Assembly: GCA_963787255.1 (NCBI GenBank)
Contig: CAWBCJ010000025.1
Location: 288,001 to 352,000 of the forward strand
Reading direction: 5' to 3'
Source of the DNA: Methanobacteriota archaeon
Lineage (GTDB): Archaea > Methanobacteriota > Methanobacteria > Methanobacteriales > Methanobacteriaceae
Length of the DNA: 64,000 bases
The notes under the pieces are model-generated. The model saw nothing but the letters and a program-made list of their open reading frames with translations. It was not told the DNA's origin and made no database searches. Of this stretch, positions 33,180-43,353 are shown piece by piece (within the stretch, counting starts at the first letter, position 1; each line of letters begins with the position of its first letter). The translations under genes and the position numbers were made by a program.

Positions 33180-34653
33180 TTATTTTGTTTTCTCTATCCA
33201 ATCTTTTGAAACTTCCTCGTGAGTCATAGGTGCATCTTCACCTAAAGGTATTTCTTTAAGGAAGAACGCGACAATTAATCCTACAAATGCCAGTACTATA
33301 GCTGCAAGGAAAATATTCTGGATAGAAAGTACTAAAGCTTGAGTTTTACTTAAAGTAACTGCAGTTGAACTTCCTAAAGTGAAATTCATTATGTATCCAA
33401 ATATTGGAACGAATACAATAGTACCTATATTTCTGAAAAATCGCATAGAAGCTGTTACAATACCTATTTCTCTAAGTGTAAATGCATTCTGCACTGCTAC
33501 ATTGAATATGTTATAGGCCATTCCTGAACCAATACCAAGGACAGTTGAATAGGCTAACAGCAGATAATATGGTGTATTTGCATTCATTGTAGCGAGAAGC
33601 ACGACCCCTATTCCGGTTATAACAAATTCGGCAATGACAAGCTTTTTGTATTTCCCAGTCATTGATATGATTTGTCCAGTGATTATTGAGGTTATTGTAA
33701 GGCTTAAAAGCATAGGAATCATGATGAGCCCTGAATTTGTAGCACTCATGCCTAAAACACCTTGTGCAAATAATGGGACGTAAATTATCCCACAAAACAT
33801 CAATGCACTTGCTAAAAAGCTTTCTACCGCTGATACAGTGAATATTGAATTTTTAAACAGACGTAACGGTAAAATAGGTTCTACAGCTCTTTTTTCAGCC
33901 AAGACGAATAATGTAAACATGATTCCTGAAAATACGAGAAGTCCAGCTATCTCAACTATGGGATATGTATTTAGATCTCCTGCAAATGTTATTGCCAGGA
34001 ATAGTGAACTTAAAGCTAATGTAAAAGTAATGATCCCTGAATAATCAATGACTTTTTTAACATCTGGCAATTTGAAGTTTGGAAGCGAATAAAGAATAAT
34101 TGTTACAGCAGCGATCCCGACTGGTATATTTATAAAAAATATCCATCTCCAACCTAATGTATCTGTAATTACACCGCCGAGAATTGGTCCTAAAACGTCT
34201 GCAAGTGCAAATACTGATGCAAGTATTCCCATGTATTTGGCTCTTTCCCTTGGACTGAAAATTTCTCCAACCACAATAAATGGGAGGGATATTAAGATTC
34301 CTCCTCCGATTCCTTGAAGTCCTCTAAATAGGATTAGTTCAAACATGTTGGTTGCAAAACCACACAAGATTGAGGATATAACGAATATGGTAATTCCAAT
34401 GATTAAAATATGTTTTCTGCCGTAAATATCTGATAATTTACCAAAAAGGATTATTGCAATGGTTGATGTTAACATGTAAGATGTAAATGGCCATACATAG
34501 TATTCCATGCCTTGCAGACTGTTAATAACTTTGGGCATAGCTGTTAATATGATTGAATAATCAAAGGCCGCTAAAAGGAGTCCCAACCATTAATCCGGCC
34601 ATAACCATGATTATTTGATCTTTAGCAAGATTATAATGGCTTTCATGATTCAT
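33180..34653 (-). CDS. DHA2-type MFS efflux transporter; +1 frameshift near 34587
   Basis: GKLSDIYGRK, RGLQGIGGG and LGPILGG motifs; N-terminus MNHESHYNLAKDQIIMVMAGLM joins LGLLL if one G is removed. Confidence 0.88.
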
Positions 34654-34783
34654 AACTATCACTTGTGGTCATTTTTTTAAAGATTATTCTTTTAATATTT
34701 TTTTTATATTCATTTGATGGGGGTTTAAATTCTTTTTTTATTACATGATTTTCCCAAAAAAGGATAATAATATAGTTAAAAGA

Positions 34784-35497
34784 TTATTCTTCCTTAAAGA
34801 ACATTTTAGTTCGCATTTCTTCTAAATTAGAAACTATACGAGGCAAGTCGCTTCCAGGAATACTAATCATAATATCTTCTTGATTGATATCCATACTCTG
34901 CCTTGCTGCAACGTCACCGAATCCATAAGTGACTTTTCCAGTCATATATGGAGTTGCAGCCATTGAACTGCATACTGGGACTGCGTCAGCGCCTAGTCCA
35001 TGTTCTCCTGAATCATATGCATTTGCATGGAGTATTTCCATCCCCTGTTTCGCATTGCAGACCATAAATATCACATCTGGTTCAAATTCTGCCTTATTGA
35101 GGGGAGCGAAAACAACTGCATTAAAAATTCCAGGGTTTATGTATGTTTCATTTTCCCTTGAACGCTGCACTGCAGGAATGTTCTTATATAGGCCCTTTGG
35201 AACCATAAATGCACCGCTTTGTACATTTGCAGGGTATTCGCGCATGTCTTTAAGTCCAGAATATCTAGCACCACCCATACATTCTTCCTCTTCTAGGGTT
35301 GCATAAAATATTTCGCCATCCATGGCTTTTGTAAGTTTTTTACAGAATCTTGATTTACCTTCTTCCTTTTCAACGTTTTTTGGCTCTTTTACAGACCATT
35401 TTATGGCTACTGGTTCGTTTTCAAATTTCATAAGTTTCTTTAATTTTTCTCCTAATTCATTATAATTCATATTTGCACCTCTATTTTCAAATTTCAT
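34784..35497 (-). CDS. DUF169-family protein
   Basis: EPVAIK, RFC, ECMGGA, FAPL, PDVI and GDVAAR motifs. Confidence 0.85.
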   Translation of the reverse strand: MKFENRGANMNYNELGEKLKKLMKFENEPVAIKWSVKEPKNVEKEEGKSRFCKKLTKAMDGEIFYATLEEEECMGGARYSGLKDMREYPANVQSGAFMVPKGLYKNIPAVQRSRENETYINPGIFNAVVFAPLNKAEFEPDVIFMVCNAKQGMEILHANAYDSGEHGLGADAVPVCSSMAATPYMTGKVTYGFGDVAARQSMDINQEDIMISIPGSDLPRIVSNLEEMRTKMFFKEE

Positions 35498-35521
35498 AAT
35501 ATAATTCCTCCTATTTTTTCA

Positions 35522-36166
35522 TTATTTCATTAACATATGAAGAAATAAATCTCCTATATCATTGGTAAATTTTTGTTTATCAATTCCCTTGCTTTCCAGT
35601 ATCTCTTTACTCCAGTCGCCCATATTCACATTACCATTGTAGATTACTGATAGGAGAATAGCTGCTTCTACAGGATCCACATCTGGCCTGATTTCACCGT
35701 CATCTATACCTTTTTGTATCGAATCTATTCCTATGAACATTATTTCTTTGAATAATTCCCTTTCTTCTTGGAACTCTTCACTACTGTTCATTTTATCCAT
35801 ATCAAATTGTTTTTTAATTGATGTGGGGGAATACAATAGCCTGAAATAATCGGGATATTTGTTAGAAAACTCTCTATTTGCATTTTCATATAATATTAAC
35901 TTTTCTAAACCAGTATTTCCTTTTTTAACTTCTTTTTTAACCATTTCAGCCCAAATTCGAGTACCACGTAAGGTTACAGCAAAGTACAATGATTCTTTAT
36001 TTTTAAAATAAAGATAAAGTGTACCTTTACCAAGACCAACCTCTCTTGCTATTTCATCCATTGAAACTTCATCAAAGTCTTTATCAGCAAATAATTTCCT
36101 AGCAGCATCGATAATGTCATTTTGACGCTGTTCTCTTTCTCTTTCCTTCCATTTTGCAAGTGACAT
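35522..36166 (-). CDS. TetR/AcrR-family regulator
   Basis: SMDEIAREVGLGKGTLYLYFKNKE HTH. Confidence 0.95.
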   Translation of the reverse strand: MSLAKWKEREREQRQNDIIDAARKLFADKDFDEVSMDEIAREVGLGKGTLYLYFKNKESLYFAVTLRGTRIWAEMVKKEVKKGNTGLEKLILYENANREFSNKYPDYFRLLYSPTSIKKQFDMDKMNSSEEFQEERELFKEIMFIGIDSIQKGIDDGEIRPDVDPVEAAILLSVIYNGNVNMGDWSKEILESKGIDKQKFTNDIGDLFLHMLMK

Positions 36167-36187
36167 GTGATTTCACCCATATTAGTA

Positions 36188-36240
36188 ATGACTTAAGATC
36201 ATACTATGACTCATGAGTTATAATTATGACTCATCAGTCA
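36188..36240. promoter_or_regulatory. Three tandem TetR-type operators
   Basis: TGACT-CATC-AGTCA (36227-40), TGACT-CATG-AGTTA (36207-20) and degenerate TGAC-TTAAG-ATCA (36189-201), between the minus-strand TTTATATA (about 36265-72) and the tetR start. Confidence 0.75.
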
Positions 36241-36370
36241 GTATATAATCAATGTTATTAAAACTATATAAAGATTTTGGTTTAAAATAAAATTTTTAAT
36301 ATTATTTAAAGAAAAATTTCATAAAAAAAACAAAAATGATTTACTTTTTTTACTGAAAGTTTATTTTTAA

Positions 36371-36422
36371 TTAAAATAGATTAGACAAATTCTTAATCTT
36401 AAGGCCGATTTTTACTCATAAC
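36371..36422 (+). repeat. 52-bp direct repeat, right copy
   Basis: 47/52 identical to 32229-32280. Confidence 0.85.
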
Positions 36423-36810
36423 GTAACATATCTACTGATTATAAAGTATTAATCATTTGGAATATAATCTTTTTTTCATTTTAGTGTCAAAATTTTGTGA
36501 AGATTAAAAATAACCATTCATTCTTAAAAGAATTTCTTTAAAATCGACTATCTTTAGCCACAAGGTCGCTATTCATGATTAATGCATGATTCTGTTAGTT
36601 AATTTATGCAACATATTATATGATTTTTTTTAGTATCCTTGGTTGGGTTTATCAAAATTTTTTGAATTTTGGAAAAAAACATAAAGTTTTTATAGTGTAA
36701 TGTAACAATGTTATGTTATATGAAGATGGAATTTCATTAAATCATTTTAAAATCTATTAAGAATTTAAGAGGCAATTAATGAAAATTAACCATAAAGGAG
36801 CGTTTTTTAA

Positions 36811-37434
36811 ATGGAGAAAGAGTTAATATCTAAAAAAGAGCTTTTGAAATTGACTGGAATTTCCTATGGTCAGCTTTACCGCTGGAAACGGAAAAATCTT
36901 ATACCTGAGGAATGGTTCATTAAAAAATCTACATTCACGGGTCATGAAACATTCTTTCCAAAAGAAATGATACTTGATAGAGTTGAAAAGATAAAAAACA
37001 TGAAAGGAGACATATCTCTGGATGATCTGGCCAATATACTCTCTCCAAACTTGAGAGACGTGGCACTGGAAAAGGTTCAGTTAATAAAACGAAACATTAT
37101 TTCTAAAGTAACTCTTGATTTTTACATTCAAGAACGAGGTGAGATGGAAAACTTTGTATTTGAAAAGATGCTCCATCTTTATATTTTAGATAAAATGTTT
37201 GAATCCGGGAAAATCAATTTTGAAGAGGGAGAAATCATACTAAAACTCTTAGAGGAGCAATATCCTAAATTTAAAGGAAAACATGCCGAATTGATATTCT
37301 TACGTAAATTAGGAATTTCGAGTTGTTGTTTAATCTCGAAACCCGGTGAAATTTATTTTGAAGACAGCATGAAAATCATTGAAAGGCTGAAGCTTTCAGA
37401 TTTAATCGAGGAATTAAAAATAAAAATAGCTTAA
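36811..37434 (+). CDS. yhbD: YhbD-family (DUF4004) MerR-like HTH protein
   Basis: LISKKELL..TGISYGQLYRWKRKNLIPEEWFIKKSTFTG.ETFFP, characteristic of Bacillus YhbD. Confidence 0.9.
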   Translation: MEKELISKKELLKLTGISYGQLYRWKRKNLIPEEWFIKKSTFTGHETFFPKEMILDRVEKIKNMKGDISLDDLANILSPNLRDVALEKVQLIKRNIISKVTLDFYIQERGEMENFVFEKMLHLYILDKMFESGKINFEEGEIILKLLEEQYPKFKGKHAELIFLRKLGISSCCLISKPGEIYFEDSMKIIERLKLSDLIEELKIKIA

Positions 37435-37447
37435 TGAGGCGATATTT

Positions 37448-38122
37448 ATGAAAAAAAGCATAGCGAATTTAAAAATCAATGGCAATGGAAGTTCAAACGG
37501 AGGCAAGTACAACACAGTCACCATAATGGGTGAAGGAAGAATAAATAGTGATGTTGAGTGTATCAACCTTAAAATATATGGAGAAGGCGAACTAGACGGC
37601 AATTTAAAAGCAGCAGACACTGTAAATATAAAGGGCCATACAGGGATTAACGGTAATTTAGAAGCAAAAGACGTTAAAATTCAAGGTGAGGTTGAAGTTA
37701 ACGGCAAATTATTTGCAGATGAAGCTAAAATCACTGGAAATATAAGTGCAAGTGGTGATTGCAATGCTGAAGTTTTCACTTTAGAAGGCGGTTTTACAAT
37801 TGATGGGCTACTAAATGCAGATATTCTCAAAATAAATTTATATGGGCCGTGTAAAGTACGTGAAATTGGTGGTTCAGAAATTAAAGTTAAAAAGAATGGG
37901 AAATTTTTAGGTCTTAAAAATATGTTCACACCTGACGGAGATAATGAACTTACTACAGACATCATTGAAGGAGATGATATTTATCTTGAAAATACAACAG
38001 CAAAGGTAGTTAGAGGGAATAATGTAACCATTGGATCTGGCTGTAAAATTGAACTGGTGGAATATAAAAATGATTTTAAGATGGATAAAGGAGCTGATAT
38101 TAGTACTCACAGAAAAATATGA
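37448..38122 (+). CDS. Polymer-forming cytoskeletal protein (bactofilin, YhbE/YhbF-like)
   Basis: Repeated (I/V)xGx(I/V)xGxL beta-solenoid units; IEGDDIYLE.T.A.VVRG.NV.IG.GC.I..VEY C-terminus; directly after yhbD. Confidence 0.85.
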   Translation: MKKSIANLKINGNGSSNGGKYNTVTIMGEGRINSDVECINLKIYGEGELDGNLKAADTVNIKGHTGINGNLEAKDVKIQGEVEVNGKLFADEAKITGNISASGDCNAEVFTLEGGFTIDGLLNADILKINLYGPCKVREIGGSEIKVKKNGKFLGLKNMFTPDGDNELTTDIIEGDDIYLENTTAKVVRGNNVTIGSGCKIELVEYKNDFKMDKGADISTHRKI

Positions 38123-38657
38123 TGTTCATTCCCTACAATTATGGGTCTAATAATTAAAATAGAGCAATATAACAAATTAAATGACCCTATTTTAATATAT
38201 TTGTAAAGACTCATACAAAACATAATTTTAAAAATAAAGCAAAAATAAGCAATTTTAATTCAAAAAAATTAAAATTTATTTCAAAAAGTATGATTTATCT
38301 CAATCGTGCGATAATATTAATAAAGTTGAATTATAGAATATATATTATCTGAAATGCTTAAAGTAAGATTTAGGTTGGATTATTTTTCAGTAAGATAGAT
38401 ACACTAGAGTTATCCTGAGTATTTGAATATAATTTTCTTTGGTATTGAAAATTTTTAATAATAAAAACTTGGAATATGAAAAAATGAATAAAAAAGATGA
38501 ATTATCGTTAAAGCTTCAACATATTGATTCAAAACTTGAAAATCCGACTTAGAATCTAAATTACAAGACATAACATGAATAAAATGCTGAATATTGAAAG
38601 TTTCATATAAATTCCGGGCCAAAATAATCGAAACATTATTATAAATGAGGATTCAAG

Positions 38658-39851
38658 ATGATTGAGGTTATATACTTTTTAGCTTTACTTTTCATTTTCG
38701 CTCTCTTTTCCAGACGCTTATCCCACAGTCCAATTACTGCACAAATGGTTTTTAGTTTAACAGGAATTGTATTGGGTTTAATATTTGCAATTCAGGTTAA
38801 TCAAGATTTTAACCGTGAATTATTTTTACTAATTGCTGAGGTAGCACTTGTACTTGTACTTTTCAGCGACGCTTCAGGAATAGATATAAATGCAATTCGA
38901 ACCAATAGGCTACCTCTAAGAATGCTCAGCATAGGATTAATTCTTACTATAACTATTGGAATTATTGTTGGAGTTTATTTGCTCACCGATATGGTTCTAT
39001 GGGAGATTGCTGCCCTAGCAGCAGTATTAGCACCTACAGACGCGGCGCTTGGTCAAATTGTGGTACAAAATAAGAAATTGCCCCACAAAATTCGTGAAAC
39101 ACTGGAAGTAGAGAGCGGATTAAATGATGGTATAGCTGTACCTTTTCTTTTCCTTTTTTTAGCCGTAGGTTTAGCTGAAGATACATTTAAACCATTTAAC
39201 TATTTTATAAACACCACTTTAGAACAAATAGGTTTTGGAATATTAATTGGATTACTTATTGGACTAATTGGGGGATGGATGGTTCTTCAAGCCAGGAAGA
39301 AAGGCTGGATAACAAAAGCTTACCAAAGACTGGCTTTACTGGCATTAGCCCTTTTAAGCTGGCTTATTGCAGACCAATTAGGTGGCAGTGGTTTTATAGC
39401 TGCTTTTATAGGGGGTTTTGCCACAGGATATATTTTTAAAGACGCTGGAGATATTTTAACAGACTTTACAAGTGCTGAAGGAATGCTTTTGAGTCTGGCA
39501 GTATTCTTTATTATGGGTGCTTTAATAGCTCCTATACTACCATTTGTTACATGGCAGGTCATTCTCTATGCAATTTTAAGTTTAACAATTATCAGAATGC
39601 TACCTGTAGCCATATCGCTTTTAGGAACCAAAACAAGTTTGGATTCAGTTTTATTCATGGGTTGGTTCGGCCCAAGAGGTCTTGCATCAATAGTACTTGC
39701 CCTTGTAGCCTTAGAAAAAGTTCCTGTATTTCCAGGAATGAATACTTTTATTTTAACAGTAGTAATTACCGTCCTTTTAAGCATAATACTACATGGAATT
39801 ACTGCTTTACCGTTTTCTAAACTTTATATTGAAAGAAACAAATCAAAATAA
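38658..39851 (+). CDS. NhaP-type cation:proton antiporter
   Basis: LAPTDAALG, VESGLNDG and GWFGPRGLAS motifs. Confidence 0.92.
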   Translation: MIEVIYFLALLFIFALFSRRLSHSPITAQMVFSLTGIVLGLIFAIQVNQDFNRELFLLIAEVALVLVLFSDASGIDINAIRTNRLPLRMLSIGLILTITIGIIVGVYLLTDMVLWEIAALAAVLAPTDAALGQIVVQNKKLPHKIRETLEVESGLNDGIAVPFLFLFLAVGLAEDTFKPFNYFINTTLEQIGFGILIGLLIGLIGGWMVLQARKKGWITKAYQRLALLALALLSWLIADQLGGSGFIAAFIGGFATGYIFKDAGDILTDFTSAEGMLLSLAVFFIMGALIAPILPFVTWQVILYAILSLTIIRMLPVAISLLGTKTSLDSVLFMGWFGPRGLASIVLALVALEKVPVFPGMNTFILTVVITVLLSIILHGITALPFSKLYIERNKSK

Positions 39852-39902
39852 ACTTATAATTTGATATTTAAATATTATAATAACAAAAGGAGATATGGAA
39901 CC

Positions 39903-40691
39903 ATGAAACGACACTATCAGGTGATTTTTGAAGCGGTATTATCTGTTTTGATAATAATTGACATATTGTTTCTGGTTTTAATGGCTGCTGGATTTACAAT
40001 TGGCATAATGCCTGCTTCAATTTACAGTTTCAGTGATTTCGATATTGTAATAGCTGTATTAATATTGCTTGATTTCATATTTTTTAGAATTAGAAAAGAT
40101 AAAAAGAATAAGACTAATTGGCAATTTATTCGAGAGAATTGGGCTTATATCGTATCCATAATTCCTATAACTTTTATTTGTTTCAACGTTTTTCAATTAT
40201 TTGGCTATATCTCCATTATAGGATTAATTGTAATCTTTAGGAGTTATGCCCTCTTTAATGTTCTGCTAATAACAGGAAGACATGTTCGTAAATACCCTTC
40301 AAAAACAAAATTAGACTATGCTACCGTTTTACTTTTGTTAGTCCTTGTTATAGGATCATATTTATTGTTTTTTATTGAACGAGGTGTTAATCCTGGATTT
40401 TCAAGTTTTGAATCTGCAATGTGGTTTTCCATAGTGTCCATGACTACCACAGGCTATGGAGATATCACTCCAGTCACCTTTACCGGAAGAATAATTGCAG
40501 TAATCATAATTTTAACAGGTATGGGTTATCTTAGTCTGGTTACTGCTACATTGGCTTATTCTTTTATTGATTTGTTTAGAAAGGAGAGTCGTAAAGCTGG
40601 AGAAAGGTTAGAGAAAAGAGCTGCCAGTTATGAAGAAAAGGTTGATGAAGTCATGGCTAAACTGGATGAAATAGAGAAAAAACTGGATTAA
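39903..40691 (+). CDS. Potassium channel
   Basis: WFSIVSMTTTGYGDITP selectivity filter. Confidence 0.92.
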   Translation: MKRHYQVIFEAVLSVLIIIDILFLVLMAAGFTIGIMPASIYSFSDFDIVIAVLILLDFIFFRIRKDKKNKTNWQFIRENWAYIVSIIPITFICFNVFQLFGYISIIGLIVIFRSYALFNVLLITGRHVRKYPSKTKLDYATVLLLLVLVIGSYLLFFIERGVNPGFSSFESAMWFSIVSMTTTGYGDITPVTFTGRIIAVIIILTGMGYLSLVTATLAYSFIDLFRKESRKAGERLEKRAASYEEKVDEVMAKLDEIEKKLD

Positions 40692-40776
40692 AAAAAGAAT
40701 CAAAAAAAATATTTTTGGGGAGTTATAGAAGAGGCAAAATCTAAGATAATGATTTAAAATTAAAGGAGTTTTTTTA

Positions 40777-41448
40777 ATGATAGATGAAAATCAAGGAGAT
40801 GTAGGAACGGACATTATTCGGTTTCATAGAATAATTACACGTAGTCTGGAAATAGCAATTCAAAATGTTAACAGTTTTTTGGAAATTGGAGCCATAGAAG
40901 AAGAAAAACGAGAAGGCTTCCTTAAATACATTCAAACATTTTCAACAGTCATGGATGCACATCACGTTCTTGAAAATGAGAAAATATTTCCCTATTTTAA
41001 GGATAAATTACCTGATGCACCCTATGATAGATTAATGACCCAACATGAATGGGTTAAAACATCATTATCTCACATTAACGATGGAATTAATAACTTAAAA
41101 TCAAATATAGACGAATTAGAATCACTTAATTTACTTAAAACTAGTTTAAGGGAGATTGATAAGATATGGCATCCCCATATACGAATTGAAGAGAAACAGA
41201 TATATGAAAAAGTAGGAAGTTTAAACATTAGTTGGGAAGAGACAAATAGATTAAGAGAAGAGTACTCCCAGTTTAATCAAGAACATGCTGAACCTGCATA
41301 CTTGGTGGTGCCCTTTGTATTGTATAACTTATCTCCTGAGGATCGTGCCATACTAGCTCAAGGATTTCCAGAAATGATAACAAAAAAACTTGTTCCCATT
41401 GATTGGAAAGATGAATGGATATCAATGCAACCATTCTTACTTAAATAA
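40777..41448 (+). CDS. Hemerythrin (HHE) domain protein
   Basis: FH, HHVLENEKIFP, QH and HIRIEE motifs. Confidence 0.85.
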   Translation: MIDENQGDVGTDIIRFHRIITRSLEIAIQNVNSFLEIGAIEEEKREGFLKYIQTFSTVMDAHHVLENEKIFPYFKDKLPDAPYDRLMTQHEWVKTSLSHINDGINNLKSNIDELESLNLLKTSLREIDKIWHPHIRIEEKQIYEKVGSLNISWEETNRLREEYSQFNQEHAEPAYLVVPFVLYNLSPEDRAILAQGFPEMITKKLVPIDWKDEWISMQPFLLK

Positions 41449-41907
41449 ATTACTATTTAATTATTTCATCATATATTTTATAATACACTAATATTAGCTA
41501 ACTTCAGATTTTTTTTACTTACAAAATGTGAAACTTTCAGTTGATGGTTAAGGACGGTCTTAGATTTCCAGCAAAAAAAAATGGAACAATGAATAATAGT
41601 GATTTTATGTTCAAAAAATAAAGTTTAAATGGATTTTTTTGAGTATTTAAGGTGGAAACCACTTTTTAAAAAAAGGAAAATTAAGATAATTTCTAGATCT
41701 TGTACTCATTTAAGCATATAATCGCTTCATTTCTGGAAGTCTTCTAAATAAATGGATTTCAACATGCTGGAAACTGCATTAAACATATAGTTTTCTATAA
41801 AAATGATATTAAGTTTAGAAAACATGTTTTAAGAAGTAATGATGGTATTTTAACTTATAAATACCATTTATTAATGGAAAATATCTAAATAAGATAATTA
41901 TTTTAAA

Positions 41908-42303
41908 TTATGTTCGCATGTCCATAATTCGATCGTTAAAATCGATATTTTTCCATTTTATACCCAGCATATCAGCCTGTTTCAATAGTGTCTTCACTGC
42001 TGCTTCGTTTCCTTTAACTAATACCAAATCCTCTCCAGCTTCCCTGTACTCTGCAAATGCAATATTGTTGAAATAAATTTCCTTTTTTATTTCATTGGCA
42101 ATATTTTCAAGGAGAACTCTACCCACGTTTAACCTTGGATCCCCATCTCTTAGATATTTAATTTCTGCCGAAACTTTTCTTTTTAGATTAAAAAGTCTAT
42201 TCAAAAACAACTGCTCTTCTTCACTATCTTCAAGTTCTTTGCTCCTGAGTAAATTAATAAAAGTATCTAACAACTCAGGAAGATTATTTTCGCTTTCCAT
42301 CAT
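41908..42303 (-). CDS. Hypothetical protein
   Basis: GAGGCGG SD; 131 aa. Confidence 0.7.
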   Translation of the reverse strand: MMESENNLPELLDTFINLLRSKELEDSEEEQLFLNRLFNLKRKVSAEIKYLRDGDPRLNVGRVLLENIANEIKKEIYFNNIAFAEYREAGEDLVLVKGNEAAVKTLLKQADMLGIKWKNIDFNDRIMDMRT

Positions 42304-42619
42304 ACCGCCTCATCTAAATTCAAGTTTCCAGTAATGTTTTTCCACTTTAAATTAAAGCTTCCAAAACAACTGTTATACAATTGATATACACCTTATTTAA
42401 AGATTACATTTTTAATAAAAAATAAACGATTTTAATCGTTAAATTGTTAAATAAATTATTCCTAGGAGTTATATAGAAATTTATGGATAAATTTAGTGAA
42501 TTTTAACTAAAAGGACTATTTATTATAATTTTAAAGCGAAAAAAGATCTTATTGATTTAATTAAAATATAATATTCTTTAATTCATTTTATCTAAAAAAA
42601 ATAAAAATAAATGACCATC

Positions 42620-42663
42620 TTCATCTAATAAGAAATTCAGTTTCATTTCTAAATTATTAGATG
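42620..42663 (-). terminator. Stem-loop downstream of acs-satP
   Basis: CATCTAATAA...TTATTAGATG 10-bp inverted repeat followed by a T-rich tract on the minus strand. Confidence 0.45.
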
Positions 42664-42729
42664 GCATTAATAACTTTACCAAAGACGCAGAGACGATTTG
42701 CAACTTATTTATATAGACAAAAATTTGAT

Positions 42730-43329
42730 TTAAACTGGTAAAACTTTTCTTTCATACACTTCGTTTAATACCTCAGCAAGTCCAACATATATTGCACTTG
42801 CACCAGTGAATATTCCTTCATAACCTGCTATTACAGTAATAACAGGATTTCCAGTCAATTCAGCTGCAGTTAAGAGGAAGAACAATATTGCCAGGCTTAT
42901 GAACACGACTTGTAATCCACGGCTTATTTTCAACGTTGCTACAAACATTACCAACGTGAAAATTCCCCACATGAAAAAGTAGGCTGCCAGTGATGCCGCA
43001 TCAGATGCTGTTGCCAGATTTAATTTTGGAAGTAAAAGCAAGATTACCAGTGAATACCAGAATAATCCATATGATACAAATGCAACTGTAGCAAATGTAT
43101 TACCATTCTTATATTCCATTAAACCAGCAATTATTTGAGCCGTTCCCCCATAAGCTAATCCCATAGCCAAAATCATACTATTTAACCCATAAAACCCAGC
43201 ATTATGGAAATTGAGGAGAACTGTGGTCAGTCCAAATGCTATTAATCCTAAAGGTGCAGGATTTGCTTGAGTATGTTTTAAAAGCTTTTTCCCATCTATA
43301 GTTATGGTTGCATATTCTTCTTCAACCAT
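42730..43329 (-). CDS. satP: Acetate uptake transporter (GPR1/FUN34/YaaH family)
   Basis: ANPAPLGL signature; downstream of acs. Confidence 0.92.
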   Translation of the reverse strand: MVEEEYATITIDGKKLLKHTQANPAPLGLIAFGLTTVLLNFHNAGFYGLNSMILAMGLAYGGTAQIIAGLMEYKNGNTFATVAFVSYGLFWYSLVILLLLPKLNLATASDAASLAAYFFMWGIFTLVMFVATLKISRGLQVVFISLAILFFLLTAAELTGNPVITVIAGYEGIFTGASAIYVGLAEVLNEVYERKVLPV

Positions 43330-43353
43330 TTTTTCATACCTCCTTATTTATAA

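Noticed and set aside
36480-36660. Possible decayed gene or IS fragment next to the right direct repeat
   Set aside because: No recognisable motif in any frame by eye; needs tBLASTx.
38123-38160. GTTCATTCCCTAC...GGGTCTAAT, loosely CRISPR-repeat-like
   Set aside because: Needs several gaps to align and is isolated.
38440-38560. Short ORF MNKKDELSLKLQHIDSKLENPT resembling a channel coiled-coil tail
   Set aside because: Too short and generic to support.
41540-41790. Short coding-like fragments between the hemerythrin gene and the 41908 ORF
   Set aside because: Interrupted by stops; no family recognised.
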